Virus record (IMG/VR): IMGVR_UViG_3300020416_000001
Coordinates: 96,001-160,000 of that record
Strand: one strand, 5' to 3'
Origin: a virus
Length of the DNA: 64,000 nucleotides
Position numbers and translations under genes: made by a program. Under the pieces are notes generated by a model. The model made no database searches. It saw only the letters and a list, made by a program, of their open reading frames with translations, and was not told the origin of the DNA. Below are positions 51,904-61,300 of the stretch, one piece after another; the stretch's first letter is position 1, and each line of letters opens with the position of its first letter.

Positions 51904-51947
51904 CGTTCATCCTCTCATCAGAGTGGACGCAAGTAAGTCGCGGAACG
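51904..51947 (+). ncRNA. Glutamine riboswitch (Downstream-peptide/glnA class), aptamer 1
   Basis: CGTTCATCC..GGACGCAAG..GGAACG; P1 CGTTC/GAACG. Confidence 0.8.
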
Positions 51948-51950
51948 GAG

Positions 51951-52141
51951 CGTTCATCCCACTATGTTAATGCACTTGTTGTTATTAATGTACACGGACA
52001 TTCATTGTTCGGATGCCCTTGGAATTATCCAAAGAGTCGTGGACAATGATAGACTCAGCAACGCTGAGAAAGTCGAATTGGTACAGGTTATTCAAGAGGC
52101 AACTCCTGACTGTACTTGGGACGCATACGACTGAAGGAACG
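51951..52141 (+). ncRNA. Glutamine riboswitch aptamer 2, split by an internal ORF
   Basis: CGTTCATCCCA ... TGGGACGCATACGACTGAAGGAACG. Confidence 0.7.
51964..52134 (+). CDS. 56-aa ORF nested in aptamer 2 (MLMHLLLLMYTDIHC...CTWDAYD)
   Basis: Open frame; GGAG 14 nt upstream; two Cys; hydrophobic N-terminus. Confidence 0.6.
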   Translation: MLMHLLLLMYTDIHCSDALGIIQRVVDNDRLSNAEKVELVQVIQEATPDCTWDAYD

Positions 52142-52174
52142 GGGCAAAAATCCCTACTACTTTGGAGTAAACCA

Positions 52175-52318
52175 ATGACAACCATTACTTATCGTGGCGT
52201 CAAGTATGACGCTGAGCAGTACAAAGCAAAGGTACTTGCCGAGGCAGATCAAATTCGTAATCACGAAATGATGTACCGTGGAATTAAGGTCGAGCGTAAG
52301 TTCGCCTCCAAGTCCTAA
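52175..52318 (+). CDS. DUF4278-like downstream peptide
   Basis: Two YRG(V/I)K motifs; GGAG RBS. Confidence 0.85.
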   Translation: MTTITYRGVKYDAEQYKAKVLAEADQIRNHEMMYRGIKVERKFASKS

Positions 52319-52339
52319 GCAAGCAAATTTGTTGAGTTT

Positions 52340-52364
52340 AAGACCCTTCACAGGGTCTTTTTTT
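52340..52364 (+). terminator. Rho-independent terminator
   Basis: AGACCCT-TCAC-AGGGTCT + T run. Confidence 0.85.
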
Positions 52365-52408
52365 ATGCTAGGATATATAATACAAGAAATTATGTGAGGT
52401 ACTGCTGA

Positions 52409-53077
52409 ATGAAGATCTTTTTAGATTGTTCAGACCCCGAACTTATCCAACACGCGATGGAGACTAACCTCATCGACGGTGTTACAACTAACCCTTCTCT
52501 TATGCTTAAGGCAGGGAGGAATCCAAGAGACGTTATTCAAGAGATCAGTGATCTATTCTCTTGGGATGCTTCAATTTCAGCAGAGGTTATGGGTGATACT
52601 GCTGAGGAAATGCTCGAAGCAGCAAACGAATATTTTAGTATTGCACCCAACGTTACTATCAAACTACCCTGCACACGTGAAGGATTGATCGCCTGTGGTG
52701 ATCTGTCTGCAGATGGTATCAGTACAAACGTTACACTAATCTTCTCAGTCGCACAAGCGATCCTCGCTGCAAAGGCAGGAGCATCTATGATGTCTCCGTT
52801 TGTTGGCAGACTGAATGACAATTCTTTCTCAGGTATTGCACTGGTCCAAGCGATCTCTAGAGTCTATCGTTTGCATAACGTAGAGACTGAGATCCTCGCT
52901 GCATCTGTACGCGAAGTGAACCACGTAGCACGTTGCTTTGATGCAGGAGCAGACATTGTGACTATGCCATATGAAGTCTTCGAGAAAATGTACAAGCACA
53001 TTCTCACACAGAATGGTCTTGAGAGGTTCGAGAACGACTGGGCAAAACTTCAAGAAGAATTACACATAGACGAATGA
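52409..53077 (+). CDS. talC: Transaldolase TalC
   Basis: MKIFLD, GVTTNPSL, TIKLP, SPFVGR, LAASVR. Confidence 0.95.
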   Translation: MKIFLDCSDPELIQHAMETNLIDGVTTNPSLMLKAGRNPRDVIQEISDLFSWDASISAEVMGDTAEEMLEAANEYFSIAPNVTIKLPCTREGLIACGDLSADGISTNVTLIFSVAQAILAAKAGASMMSPFVGRLNDNSFSGIALVQAISRVYRLHNVETEILAASVREVNHVARCFDAGADIVTMPYEVFEKMYKHILTQNGLERFENDWAKLQEELHIDE

Positions 53078-53250
53078 ACATCTGGAAACAGAAAGTAAAA
53101 ATTCCTGAGGTTGGCGAGGTCTTCGTGGAAGCGGAGACCAAGTTTCCTTGGGAAGTTAAGGGACATATTGAGCGTATCCTCAAATTAGACTATGGGGTTG
53201 ACACATTTGATATAATAGGAGCACCAGAAAAAATTGGTACTCAAAAATGA
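53074..53250 (+). CDS. 58-aa hypothetical protein
   Basis: ATGA-coupled to talC. Confidence 0.55.
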   Translation: MNIWKQKVKIPEVGEVFVEAETKFPWEVKGHIERILKLDYGVDTFDIIGAPEKIGTQK

Positions 53251-53331
53251 TTTACGTTAAAGCACTGCTGCTTTTCGGATTCATCAGTATTTTTTGTTAT
53301 TGGGGTCTGACCTCAGCATATCCAACATCTT

Positions 53332-53496
53332 ATGCATAAAAGAAATCTCAAAGTCTTAATAGAAGACATCGAAAGAGCACTGGCAGCATTAAAATCTGAA
53401 GTGTATTCAGACACTGCTGCATACAGTATAAGTAGTGATAGTGATAAGACTACTACTTACCTTGACATCAACGACGAAGACGGACTCTGCGATTGA
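53332..53496 (+). CDS. 54-aa hypothetical protein
   Basis: LKSEVYSD motif; precedes the endonuclease. Confidence 0.6.
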   Translation: MHKRNLKVLIEDIERALAALKSEVYSDTAAYSISSDSDKTTTYLDINDEDGLCD

Positions 53497-53938
53497 TTAT
53501 GAAAACCCCTGGATTTTTAACGGACTCCCTTTTTTATCTGAGAGCATTGACAATAATTTCGGTTTTGTCTATCGGATTACAAATATTGAATCGGGTCGGG
53601 AATACATTGGAAGAAAATACTTCTGGCAGAAACGAAAACCTAGAGGTAAGAGTCGGAGAGTTACAAGTGAAAGCGACTGGAAAAAATACTACGGATCGTG
53701 TCCTGAACTTACTCTTGATGTTAAGCGACTTGGTAGAGATCGATTTAGAAGAGAGATCCTATCCCTACACCCCACCGTTGGACAGACAAACTTTGCAGAA
53801 ACTAGAGAACTCTTCATTAGAGGTGTCCTTACCGAAGCAAGAGAGGATGGAACACCCCACTATTACAACTCCAACATTCTAGGACGGTACTACAGGAAAG
53901 ATTATTTTCCGTACCCCTTGACAGAGGATCAAAAGTGA
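53462..53938 (+). CDS. GIY-YIG endonuclease (endonuclease II/DenA-like)
   Basis: GFVYRITN...EYIGRK, ESDWKKYYGS, YYNSNI; start uncertain. Confidence 0.8.
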   Translation: MTSTTKTDSAIDYENPWIFNGLPFLSESIDNNFGFVYRITNIESGREYIGRKYFWQKRKPRGKSRRVTSESDWKKYYGSCPELTLDVKRLGRDRFRREILSLHPTVGQTNFAETRELFIRGVLTEAREDGTPHYYNSNILGRYYRKDYFPYPLTEDQK

Positions 53939-53946
53939 TATATAGT
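53918..53946 (+). promoter_or_regulatory. sigma70-type promoter TTGACA-17-TATAGT
   Basis: Upstream of the small ORF and tRNA. Confidence 0.7.
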
Positions 53947-53971
53947 ATCACCTGTAGTTCACTCAAGAACA

Positions 53972-54124
53972 ATGAACGACTATCTGGACGACTTTGCTTC
54001 AGACAATCTGTTTCTCAATTCTACAATGGAGATCTTGATTGATAAGATGCACGAGTATCTTGACAAGAATGAACTACACAAAGCAGAAATCATCGCAAGT
54101 AAGATCGCTGAACTAGACCAATAG
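53972..54124 (+). CDS. 50-aa hypothetical protein
   Basis: Open frame after the promoter. Confidence 0.55.
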   Translation: MNDYLDDFASDNLFLNSTMEILIDKMHEYLDKNELHKAEIIASKIAELDQ

Positions 54125-54131
54125 TTTAGTT

Positions 54132-54205
54132 GGGTCAGTAGCACAGTGGATTAGTGCAACTGCCTTCTAAGCAGTCGGTCGCAGGTTCGAATCCTGCCTG
54201 ACCCG
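54132..54205 (+). tRNA. trnR: tRNA-Arg (UCU)
   Basis: GGGTCAG/CTGACCC acceptor stem; CTGC-CTTCTAA-GCAG anticodon arm; GGTTCGAATCC; CCA not encoded. Confidence 0.95.
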
Positions 54206-54244
54206 TTCCCCTTATGGGGAGTTAGTCTAGTTCGAGGTAAACAA

Positions 54245-54445
54245 ATGCCTATCAGTAAGAGTGATCTCTCATACTTGAGGGATGTTGTCAACGGAGATGT
54301 TGCGTTAGATCAGGAGAACCCCTGCCTTTTCCAACGTCTGTTCAAATATTATGAGTCAAGTGGAGTCCAGTTCTTTGGAGACCCAGATGAGGACTATGAA
54401 CTATTGGTTGACAATCTTGCTCTAGACATCGGGTTCACTTACTAA
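54245..54445 (+). CDS. Hypothetical protein
   Basis: GAGGT RBS. Confidence 0.75.
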   Translation: MPISKSDLSYLRDVVNGDVALDQENPCLFQRLFKYYESSGVQFFGDPDEDYELLVDNLALDIGFTY

Positions 54446-54446
54446 A

Positions 54447-54491
54447 GTGGCACACAGACCTCCGCAAGGGGGTCTTTTCATATGTTACGAT
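54447..54491 (+). promoter_or_regulatory. GTGGCACA box + hairpin/terminator + -10
   Basis: AGACCTCC-GCAA-GGGGGTCT-TTT then TGtTACGAT. Confidence 0.6.
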
Positions 54492-54512
54492 AAGTTCAGT
54501 TGATTTTTAATT

Positions 54513-54755
54513 ATGGATGTTGTTTTAGAACGGTTCCCATACCGTTACGTCACTTGTGGTTTACTTGAGATCAATGGTAAACCTGACTGCCGTATTCAAA
54601 AGTTTAATGAGTACACTCGTCGCTACAACGATATGTACTTCTGCGATAACCAAGATCAGATGATGCTTGCTATCGAAGATCCTGATTACACCAAGTGGTT
54701 AGACCCTGCAGGTGTACCGTGCTACGAAAATGACACAGTTTCGGTACAGAAATAA
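54513..54755 (+). CDS. Conserved cyanophage hypothetical protein
   Basis: ERFPYRYV..G.L..NG.PD.RIQK. Confidence 0.75.
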   Translation: MDVVLERFPYRYVTCGLLEINGKPDCRIQKFNEYTRRYNDMYFCDNQDQMMLAIEDPDYTKWLDPAGVPCYENDTVSVQK

Positions 54756-54842
54756 CCGTATTTATATGGGGGGTTGACAGAAGTTTACAAAATGATATAT
54801 AATTGTAACAGTTCTTAATAAACAAACAGGACGGACTTTCAA

Positions 54843-55043
54843 ATGACCACTATCACAGAAGAAGGCGGACGCCAAAATATGTTCGCTAAAGAACCACCAA
54901 TGAGGTTGGTTGACGTTTCAGTTACACACAATGAGAGAGCAGAATTGCTCAATGGAAGACTAGCAATGATTGGTCTTACAACTGGATTCATTTCCTACAT
55001 TGCCACTGGTAATTTCTTCTTCTTTGGTATCCTTGGATTCTAA
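54843..55043 (+). CDS. hli: High-light inducible protein
   Basis: AELLNGRLAMIG; TTGACA..TATAAT promoter at 54774-54803. Confidence 0.92.
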   Translation: MTTITEEGGRQNMFAKEPPMRLVDVSVTHNERAELLNGRLAMIGLTTGFISYIATGNFFFFGILGF

Positions 55044-55047
55044 AGTT

Positions 55048-55122
55048 ATGATTTATCAAATCACCTTCCTCTGTGTACTAGGTTACACAGCAATAAACGG
55101 ACTACCTTTCGTATTTTCTTAA
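55048..55122 (+). CDS. 24-aa hydrophobic peptide
   Basis: MIYQITFLCVLGYTAINGLPFVFS. Confidence 0.4.
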   Translation: MIYQITFLCVLGYTAINGLPFVFS

Positions 55123-55143
55123 TCACCCTATCGGAGAACTCAA

Positions 55144-55251
55144 ATGACACCAGAAGCAGAAAGATTTAATGGTTGGGCAGCAATGCTCGGTTTCGTAGCA
55201 GCAGTCGGTGCTTACGCAGCAACAGGACAAATCATCCCAGGCATTTTCTAA
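55144..55251 (+). CDS. hli: High-light inducible protein (35 aa)
   Basis: MTPEAERFNGWAAMLG...TGQIIPGIF. Confidence 0.95.
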   Translation: MTPEAERFNGWAAMLGFVAAVGAYAATGQIIPGIF

Positions 55252-55344
55252 ATGAAACGCTACCCAGTACCCTTTAGATTTGTACCCTACATCTTTATGG
55301 TGGCACTGGGTGCAAGTACACTAACCTCTACCGTTTTAGTCTAA
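55252..55344 (+). CDS. 30-aa hydrophobic peptide
   Basis: Coupled between two hli genes. Confidence 0.45.
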   Translation: MKRYPVPFRFVPYIFMVALGASTLTSTVLV

Positions 55345-55457
55345 TGACAAACAGAAACATTTTCGTGAAGGCAAACGGACGTGCAGCAATGATGGGATTC
55401 ATCACAATCTGCACAGTATATGCATTCACAGGTCAACTACTACCAGGAATTTACTAA
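55344..55457 (+). CDS. hli: High-light inducible protein, divergent (37 aa)
   Basis: VKANGRAAMMG...TGQLLPGIY. Confidence 0.85.
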   Translation: MTNRNIFVKANGRAAMMGFITICTVYAFTGQLLPGIY

Positions 55458-55636
55458 TGAGAACAAAATCACAATTCTCTGTTCCTCAGCAACCAGTGGC
55501 ACAAGCAAAGGCAATCGCCATCGAACCACAAAAGCAATGGGCAGAAACTTGGAATGGCAGAATCGCAATGCTCGGTTTGATCGCAGCAGCGTGTTCTGAT
55601 TTGTTAACAGGACATATGTTCTTCGGATTATTCTGA
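55457..55636 (+). CDS. hli: High-light inducible protein (59 aa)
   Basis: AETWNGRIAMLG...TGH. Confidence 0.9.
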   Translation: MRTKSQFSVPQQPVAQAKAIAIEPQKQWAETWNGRIAMLGLIAAACSDLLTGHMFFGLF

Positions 55637-55670
55637 TAGAATAAATACGTTCAGTTCAAAATTTTATACT

Positions 55671-55823
55671 ATGGCACCGAACCCTGATGCGCTCTGGGAA
55701 GATATGAGTAAACTCAACTCTCTTTATGAAGAATTGTGTTGGGAACCAGAGGATGAGTTAGAGTTCGGTCTTGCTGTGGTAGACTCTAAGCAAGTCATCG
55801 TTATTCGAAACAAAGATCAATGA
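55671..55823 (+). CDS. 50-aa hypothetical protein
   Basis: LYEELCW...ELEF; late box upstream. Confidence 0.6.
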   Translation: MAPNPDALWEDMSKLNSLYEELCWEPEDELEFGLAVVDSKQVIVIRNKDQ

Positions 55824-56377
55824 TCGAGTTCATCTGTGCAACGTGTTCTTTCAACGAATCCAAAGCATTAGAGTACCTTCAGAAGCGTCAAAGGATTACA
55901 GATCCTCTGGCGCTTTCTGTCGTTATGGCAAACATCAAACAGGAATCTAACTTCACCCCTAATATCTGTGAGGGAGGAGCACGAGTGCCCTATCAAGATT
56001 GTCATCGTGGTGGGTACGGTCTGATTCAATGGACAACCTTGTCACGCTACAACGGACTCGGAAACTTTTGTAAGAAGTACGGACTTGATCCTTCTACATT
56101 CGAAGGACAGTTACGTTATATGTCTAACGAAAATCAATTTCAACAAGCACTACTGACTTGGCAGATCCCTGGTCAGTCCTACACTGCCTACCACAACGCA
56201 GCGTACAGGTGGTTAGGATGGGGTATCGAAGGACCAAGGAAAACATATACATATAATTACTTGGATCGACTTCAGAAAGTCTCCGTAAATGAAATCAAAG
56301 TTCAGTCTACAAGTTCAAATCAAAGACGAGTGGGTTACATTGAAACGCTACTCGGGTTTGTCGGAATTAAAGTCTAA
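55820..56377 (+). CDS. Phage tail-type lysozyme domain protein
   Basis: MANIKQES, GYGLIQWT, QL.YM. Confidence 0.75.
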   Translation: MIEFICATCSFNESKALEYLQKRQRITDPLALSVVMANIKQESNFTPNICEGGARVPYQDCHRGGYGLIQWTTLSRYNGLGNFCKKYGLDPSTFEGQLRYMSNENQFQQALLTWQIPGQSYTAYHNAAYRWLGWGIEGPRKTYTYNYLDRLQKVSVNEIKVQSTSSNQRRVGYIETLLGFVGIKV

Positions 56378-56448
56378 TTTTTATACAAAGGTTTGCGAAA
56401 TGGCAGAACCTTATGTACCATATTATTGTAATGTTAGGGCAATTCCAG

Positions 56449-56730
56449 ATGGCAATTAATGATTGGAGATACTCCGACGAAATGATGGAGTACAGAAGCA
56501 AAATGCTACAAGAGTGTATTAGATGGCGAGGAGAACTCACCAACAAACACTATGACTTTTGCGATTGGGTTATGAGTAGTGGACTTTATAAGAGACTCTT
56601 GGAGTTAGAAGATAATGAAGAGATATTTACGTCAGAATTATCAGCACTCTATCTAGAATACTACTATGAAACAACTATCAACAAAGAAGGTAGCAAAGAA
56701 TACTATTATACGAGCGATGAAACACCCTGA
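56449..56730 (+). CDS. Hypothetical protein
   Basis: DWRYSDE motif; start uncertain (56413 is the alternative). Confidence 0.65.
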   Translation: MAINDWRYSDEMMEYRSKMLQECIRWRGELTNKHYDFCDWVMSSGLYKRLLELEDNEEIFTSELSALYLEYYYETTINKEGSKEYYYTSDETP

Positions 56731-56806
56731 GCAATACACTCAGGAAGAGATTAATTTTGCCTTCGCGACCCTACGTCACATCAAGGCACAAAAGGCACAA
56801 AAGAAA

Positions 56807-56849
56807 CTGGCACAAGGGGTTGACAAATCTTGAACCTGTCAGGTATTAT
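56807..56849 (+). promoter_or_regulatory. psbA promoter: CTGGCACA box + TTGACA-18-TATTAT
   Basis: Box starts 37 nt before the -10. Confidence 0.7.
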
Positions 56850-56892
56850 ATATACTGTTGAATGTTACGGAATGTAAACATTTACATATACT

Positions 56893-56990
56893 TCCTCTCC
56901 GCAAACCGAGACCTATAGGGAGGTTAAACGAGTCTCTAATACCTATCCCCGAGGGTGGGATATGGAATATTACCTTCACTGTTCCCTGCA
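56893..56990 (+). ncRNA. PhotoRC-II-like leader RNA upstream of psbA
   Basis: GAGAC..GTCTC and ATCCC..GGGAT stems in the psbA 5' UTR; boundaries approximate. Confidence 0.6.
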
Positions 56991-57013
56991 GTATTACATA
57001 CCCTTTATTTTCA

Positions 57014-58099
57014 ATGTCTAGTACAACTATTGTTTCAAGACAGTCGCAAGAGTCCAACTGGGAAAGATTTTGCCAGTGGGTCACAAGCACAGACAACCGT
57101 CTTTATGTCGGTTGGTTCGGCGTCCTTATGATTCCTTGCTTGCTTGCTGCTGCTATTTGCTTCACTATCGCTTTCATCGCTGCTCCTGCTGTGGACATCG
57201 ATGGAATCAGAGAACCTGTTGCAGGTTCGTTGCTTTACGGTAACAACATCATCTCTGGTGCTGTTGTTCCTAGTTCAAACGCTATTGGTCTTCACTTCTA
57301 CCCTATGTGGGAAGCAGCAAGTGTTGACGAATGGTTATACAACGGTGGTCCTTACCAACTGGTTGTATTCCACTTCCTAATTGGTATCTCTGCATATGCA
57401 GGTCGCCAGTGGGAACTTTCATACCGTCTTGGTATGCGTCCTTGGATCTTCGTTGCATACTCTGCACCTGTGTCTGCTGCTATGGCAGTATTCCTTGTGT
57501 ATCCTTTCGGTCAGGGTTCTTTCTCTGATGGTATGCCACTCGGTATCTCTGGTACATTTAACTTTATGTTCGTGTTCCAAGCAGAGCACAACATCCTAAT
57601 GCACCCATTCCATATGCTTGGAGTAGCAGGTGTGTTCGGAGGTTCACTCTTCTCTGCAATGCACGGTTCACTTGTTACTTCTTCACTCATTCGTGAAACC
57701 ACTGAGCAAGAGTCTCAGAACTATGGTTACAAGTTTGGTCAAGAAGAAGAGACATACAACATCGTTGCTGCTCACGGATACTTCGGTAGACTCATCTTCC
57801 AATACGCATCTTTCAACAACTCAAGATCGCTTCACTTCTTCCTTGCTGCCTGGCCAGTGATTGGGATTTGGTGCGCTTCAATGGGTATTTCCACAATGGC
57901 ATTCAACTTGAATGGTTTCAACTTTAACCAGTCAGTTGTTGACAATGGTGGTAAGATCGTACCTACTTGGGCAGATGTTCTTAACCGTGCCAACCTTGGT
58001 ATGGAAGTTATGCACGAAAGAAATGCACACAACTTCCCACTTGATCTCGCTGCTGCCGAGACTACTTCTGTCGCTCTAGTTGCTCCTAGCATCGGTTGA
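57014..58099 (+). CDS. psbA: Photosystem II D1 protein
   Basis: [31 protein letters not shown]; no intron. Confidence 0.99.
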   Translation: MSSTTIVSRQSQESNWERFCQWVTSTDNRLYVGWFGVLMIPCLLAAAICFTIAFIAAPAVDIDGIREPVAGSLLYGNNIISGAVVPSSNAIGLHFYPMWEAASVDEWLYNGGPYQLVVFHFLIGISAYAGRQWELSYRLGMRPWIFVAYSAPVSAAMAVFLVYPFGQGSFSDGMPLGISGTFNFMFVFQAEHNILMHPFHMLGVAGVFGGSLFSAMHGSLVTSSLIRETTEQESQNYGYKFGQEEETYNIVAAHGYFGRLIFQYASFNNSRSLHFFLAAWPVIGIWCASMGISTMAFNLNGFNFNQSVVDNGGKIVPTWADVLNRANLGMEVMHERNAHNFPLDLAAAETTSVALVAPSIG

Positions 58100-58124
58100 T
58101 AAGAAGTCTGTAATATGCTATTAT

Positions 58125-58151
58125 AAAGGGACCTTAATGGTCCCTTTTTTT
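58125..58151 (+). terminator. Terminator after psbA
   Basis: AAAGGGACC-TTAAT-GGTCCCTTT + T run. Confidence 0.85.
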
Positions 58152-58391
58152 ATGCCAAAAAAACTATGGGATGTCTGGAAGTATTCACTAGGAAGTTTTT
58201 CTGATGACAAGACAGAGAAATATGATAACTACGTGGTTGTGGTACGGACTATTCTATTTCTCAGTTACCTTGTCACTAATTGTTTTATTGTTAGCGGAGT
58301 GATTCGACATTGGAACCCTCCCGAAGAGTCTACTAAATATATTGACGAGACTATACTATTAGATGGCAGTAGGAAACAATCATTGGTTTGA
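58152..58391 (+). CDS. Small membrane protein
   Basis: WKYSLGSFSDDKT..YDN; TM. Confidence 0.7.
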   Translation: MPKKLWDVWKYSLGSFSDDKTEKYDNYVVVVRTILFLSYLVTNCFIVSGVIRHWNPPEESTKYIDETILLDGSRKQSLV

Positions 58392-61300
58392 ACGAAACTG
58401 TGACCCGTCAGATGTAGAGCAACAGGAAGAAGTTGTTCAGTCTGGTGGTGGAAATACAGGTTCTCCCAGTGGTGGTTCAGCACCTAATACTCTTGCTGCT
58501 GCAGTAGAGACACTACTTGGTCAGTGTTATGGAGACCAAGGAACATTAACTAAGGATAACTTTCCTGATCTGGAGGTGGAACCTCTACCCCCACCACAGT
58601 ATATTAATTGGGGACCTATCCTTGACACTATTCTAGGTACTGGATCTGATGTACCTGACACTAGAGATATACAAGTAGATTTTGATATTGGACGAGACGA
58701 AGACGGTGGTGATGTATGTTTCTCACCTGACGGTACGACCAATGAATCTAGGGAGACTGTAGATTGTGATAAAGGAACTCAACCTGAGATAGAAAAGTGT
58801 ATCCAGAATCATTTGGACTGTTTCTTCAGACCTTATGTTGGTGGTGCTTGGAAACCTCCTCAGGCAGACTGTGAATCATTTGTGCCTGCAGCAATGTATG
58901 GTACAACAAATAAGATATGTGTCAGAAACTGTGTGACAAAGAGAGACCCCATCTATCTGATGAAGAAGGGAATGTCTGGAACTGGTTCTGCTATATTCAA
59001 TGGTCCTAATACACTGACTGTAACTGGTAACGTATCACAAACTATCAGTTTAGAATTCCAATGGGATGATAATCCTAGGACAGCAGGTACTGCAGTAGAT
59101 CAGATTACTGTAGGTGGTACTACATTTACTAGGAGTGGAGAGAAAGGAAAACAAACAGAGGTACTTACACTTGGTGCAGGAGATTACTCTATACAGTATC
59201 AAGGTCTGTCAGGTTCTGGATACCAGATTGATAACAATGCAGGGTATGGTACAAACAAATCCATTATGTACAAAGACAATGATGGTAACGATGCCAACGC
59301 TAGATTCTCTATCCTAGGTAACAATAATCTAGGTAGAGATCATCGCTATGGAACAAGTGATATACCTGATGCAGGATACCAACTGGCAGGTGCTGCTTGG
59401 TTTGCAAACCTCCTACCCTCTGAGACATCGCGCAGTGTGCCTGTGTACAGGACGTTCTCTGCTTCAGCACAAGACACTATGCTGACGTCAAACATCACTG
59501 GAGAGGCAGGTGACCTTGACGCAGGCGGTTACCAACCACGTGATGAGGTCTTGTTCTATGGGTATAGAGAGGCAGAAGATATGACATCCGAACTGATGGA
59601 GGGTGAGGAACCTGCACCACTCTATCGTTACTATAGTTTTGCAGGACAAGATCATAAGTATTCTATTGAACCACTTGGTAATGTAGCGAACGCACCAAAT
59701 CTTCAGAACAATATCTTTAGGTTTGAAACCCAGGCAGAAAGTGCACTTAAGATTCAACTTACTTGCCGACGTGGTAGTGCAGCATATGATAATGCTTTTG
59801 GATGGTATGTTACAGATGAAAACAATGTGCCTATTGCAGGTAGAGTTCTGTTAGCAAATGTGACTGACGCATCTGGAACATTCCATAGGAAGATTGATAA
59901 GGATCTAATCAATTCTTATATGCCTTGCAACCTTGGGTTCTTTATGATTCCTGATGGTGGTTCTAATGGTGCATCTGATAATCAAGACGTCACATTCTCA
60001 GCACACAACAATCAGTTTGGTGATGGGTACACAAACAATCAGGGCATCGGTACACACTCTAGTCAGAAAAATTATGTGTACTTCTCAGACAGAAGATTAA
60101 ACCCTCAAAAGAAGGATATGACTAAGTGGCCAGATAATATTTGGCAATATTGGGAGGACTTATTTGCAGGTGATGATGACTATAACGATGTTCGTATATC
60201 ATATCGTGTAGGTTATGGTGATAGTGAATATTACTATGAAGGTATCGAGTGTTATGTGTTCTCTCGACCTGCACAACCTGTGTTCGCAAACATCGAGGTG
60301 AATGATGACTGTGAAAAGAAAGCATTCCGTAAAGGATCATTTGTTGATGCAACTCTTACACGTACAGAGTGTGGTTCATATCACGAACATCCTAAGACAG
60401 GTGCTGACACGTGGGACTGTGGTAAATGTACTGGACATTATGCGAACAGTAAGAACAGAGTACAGAAAGTAAAGATCGCACGTGATGCAACGTTTACTAT
60501 CAGATCGCACGGTGGAATGACTGCAGGGTATGGTGACTGTACTAAGTTCACTTGGAAACTCAAGGTAAATGGCAACACAATCTACACAGAGCAGTCATTG
60601 GTATCTGAATGGAGACAGATTGGTTCAGTGTTGCATACCTTTAATGTAGAGAAGGGTGACAACTTGGTGTTCAAGATCGAGAGCATCGATGCAGGACATT
60701 ACAACGGTAAAGTTTCACCTGCATTTGCTATTAGAGATGAAGGCACTGGTGATTACATAAACACGTGGACAGTCAATCTACTCACACAATCTCACAACTA
60801 TCAGACTGAGAGCAGAGATCAGGCAGAGGGTCAACCACAATCAGGTCCTGAGATTACTGAACCTTGTGGTTTGCCTATCAGTGGTGACTTGTGGTGTTGG
60901 GAGAAATCTCCAGACGATGATGACTTCCCAGTCAAAACAGACTACACAACTGTCATCACTAACAGAGTTGTGAATCAGTCAGCAGTCCTTCCTTTAGATG
61001 CTTACGACAAAGCAGCAGCAAGGATCAGGGTTATTAATGGTAAAGATGTATATTCTATGTCAGATAATGACACAGGGTTCGTTGATGTCGTTGCGAAGAA
61101 TGGATTCTCACTTAGACTCAAGTACACAGTGATCGAGGCAGAGAATGCTTACGTTGACTGGTCTGTTGATAGTGTTGAAGACTGGGGTAGTGGTGGTTTT
61201 AGATTGAATGAAGAGATTGATTTGATCTTTGACGATCAAGATGAATTTTTTGACGAGCAAGATGAAGACTGGAGTGGTCCTACTCATTCCAAGTTAGGAT

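Noticed and set aside
52013-52174. Extension of DUF4278 to 101 aa
   Set aside because: The RBS supports 52175; the extension crosses the riboswitch
53186-53215. TTGACA...TATAAT inside a small ORF
   Set aside because: The spacer is only 7 nt, so it is not a sigma70 promoter
53462-53938. Mobile homing endonuclease
   Set aside because: Short, lacks an obvious C-terminal DNA-binding domain, and resembles the core endonuclease II-like gene
56783-56816. GGCACAA occurring three times
   Set aside because: Explained by KAQKAQKKLAQ codons of a possible small ORF plus the promoter box; too short to call an iteron
56858-57013. 52-aa N-terminal extension of psbA in the ORF track
   Set aside because: It spans the structured leader; D1 starts at ATG 57014
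30179-58099. Introns or inteins in gp43, nrdA, nrdB, psbA
   Set aside because: All are continuous and of normal length
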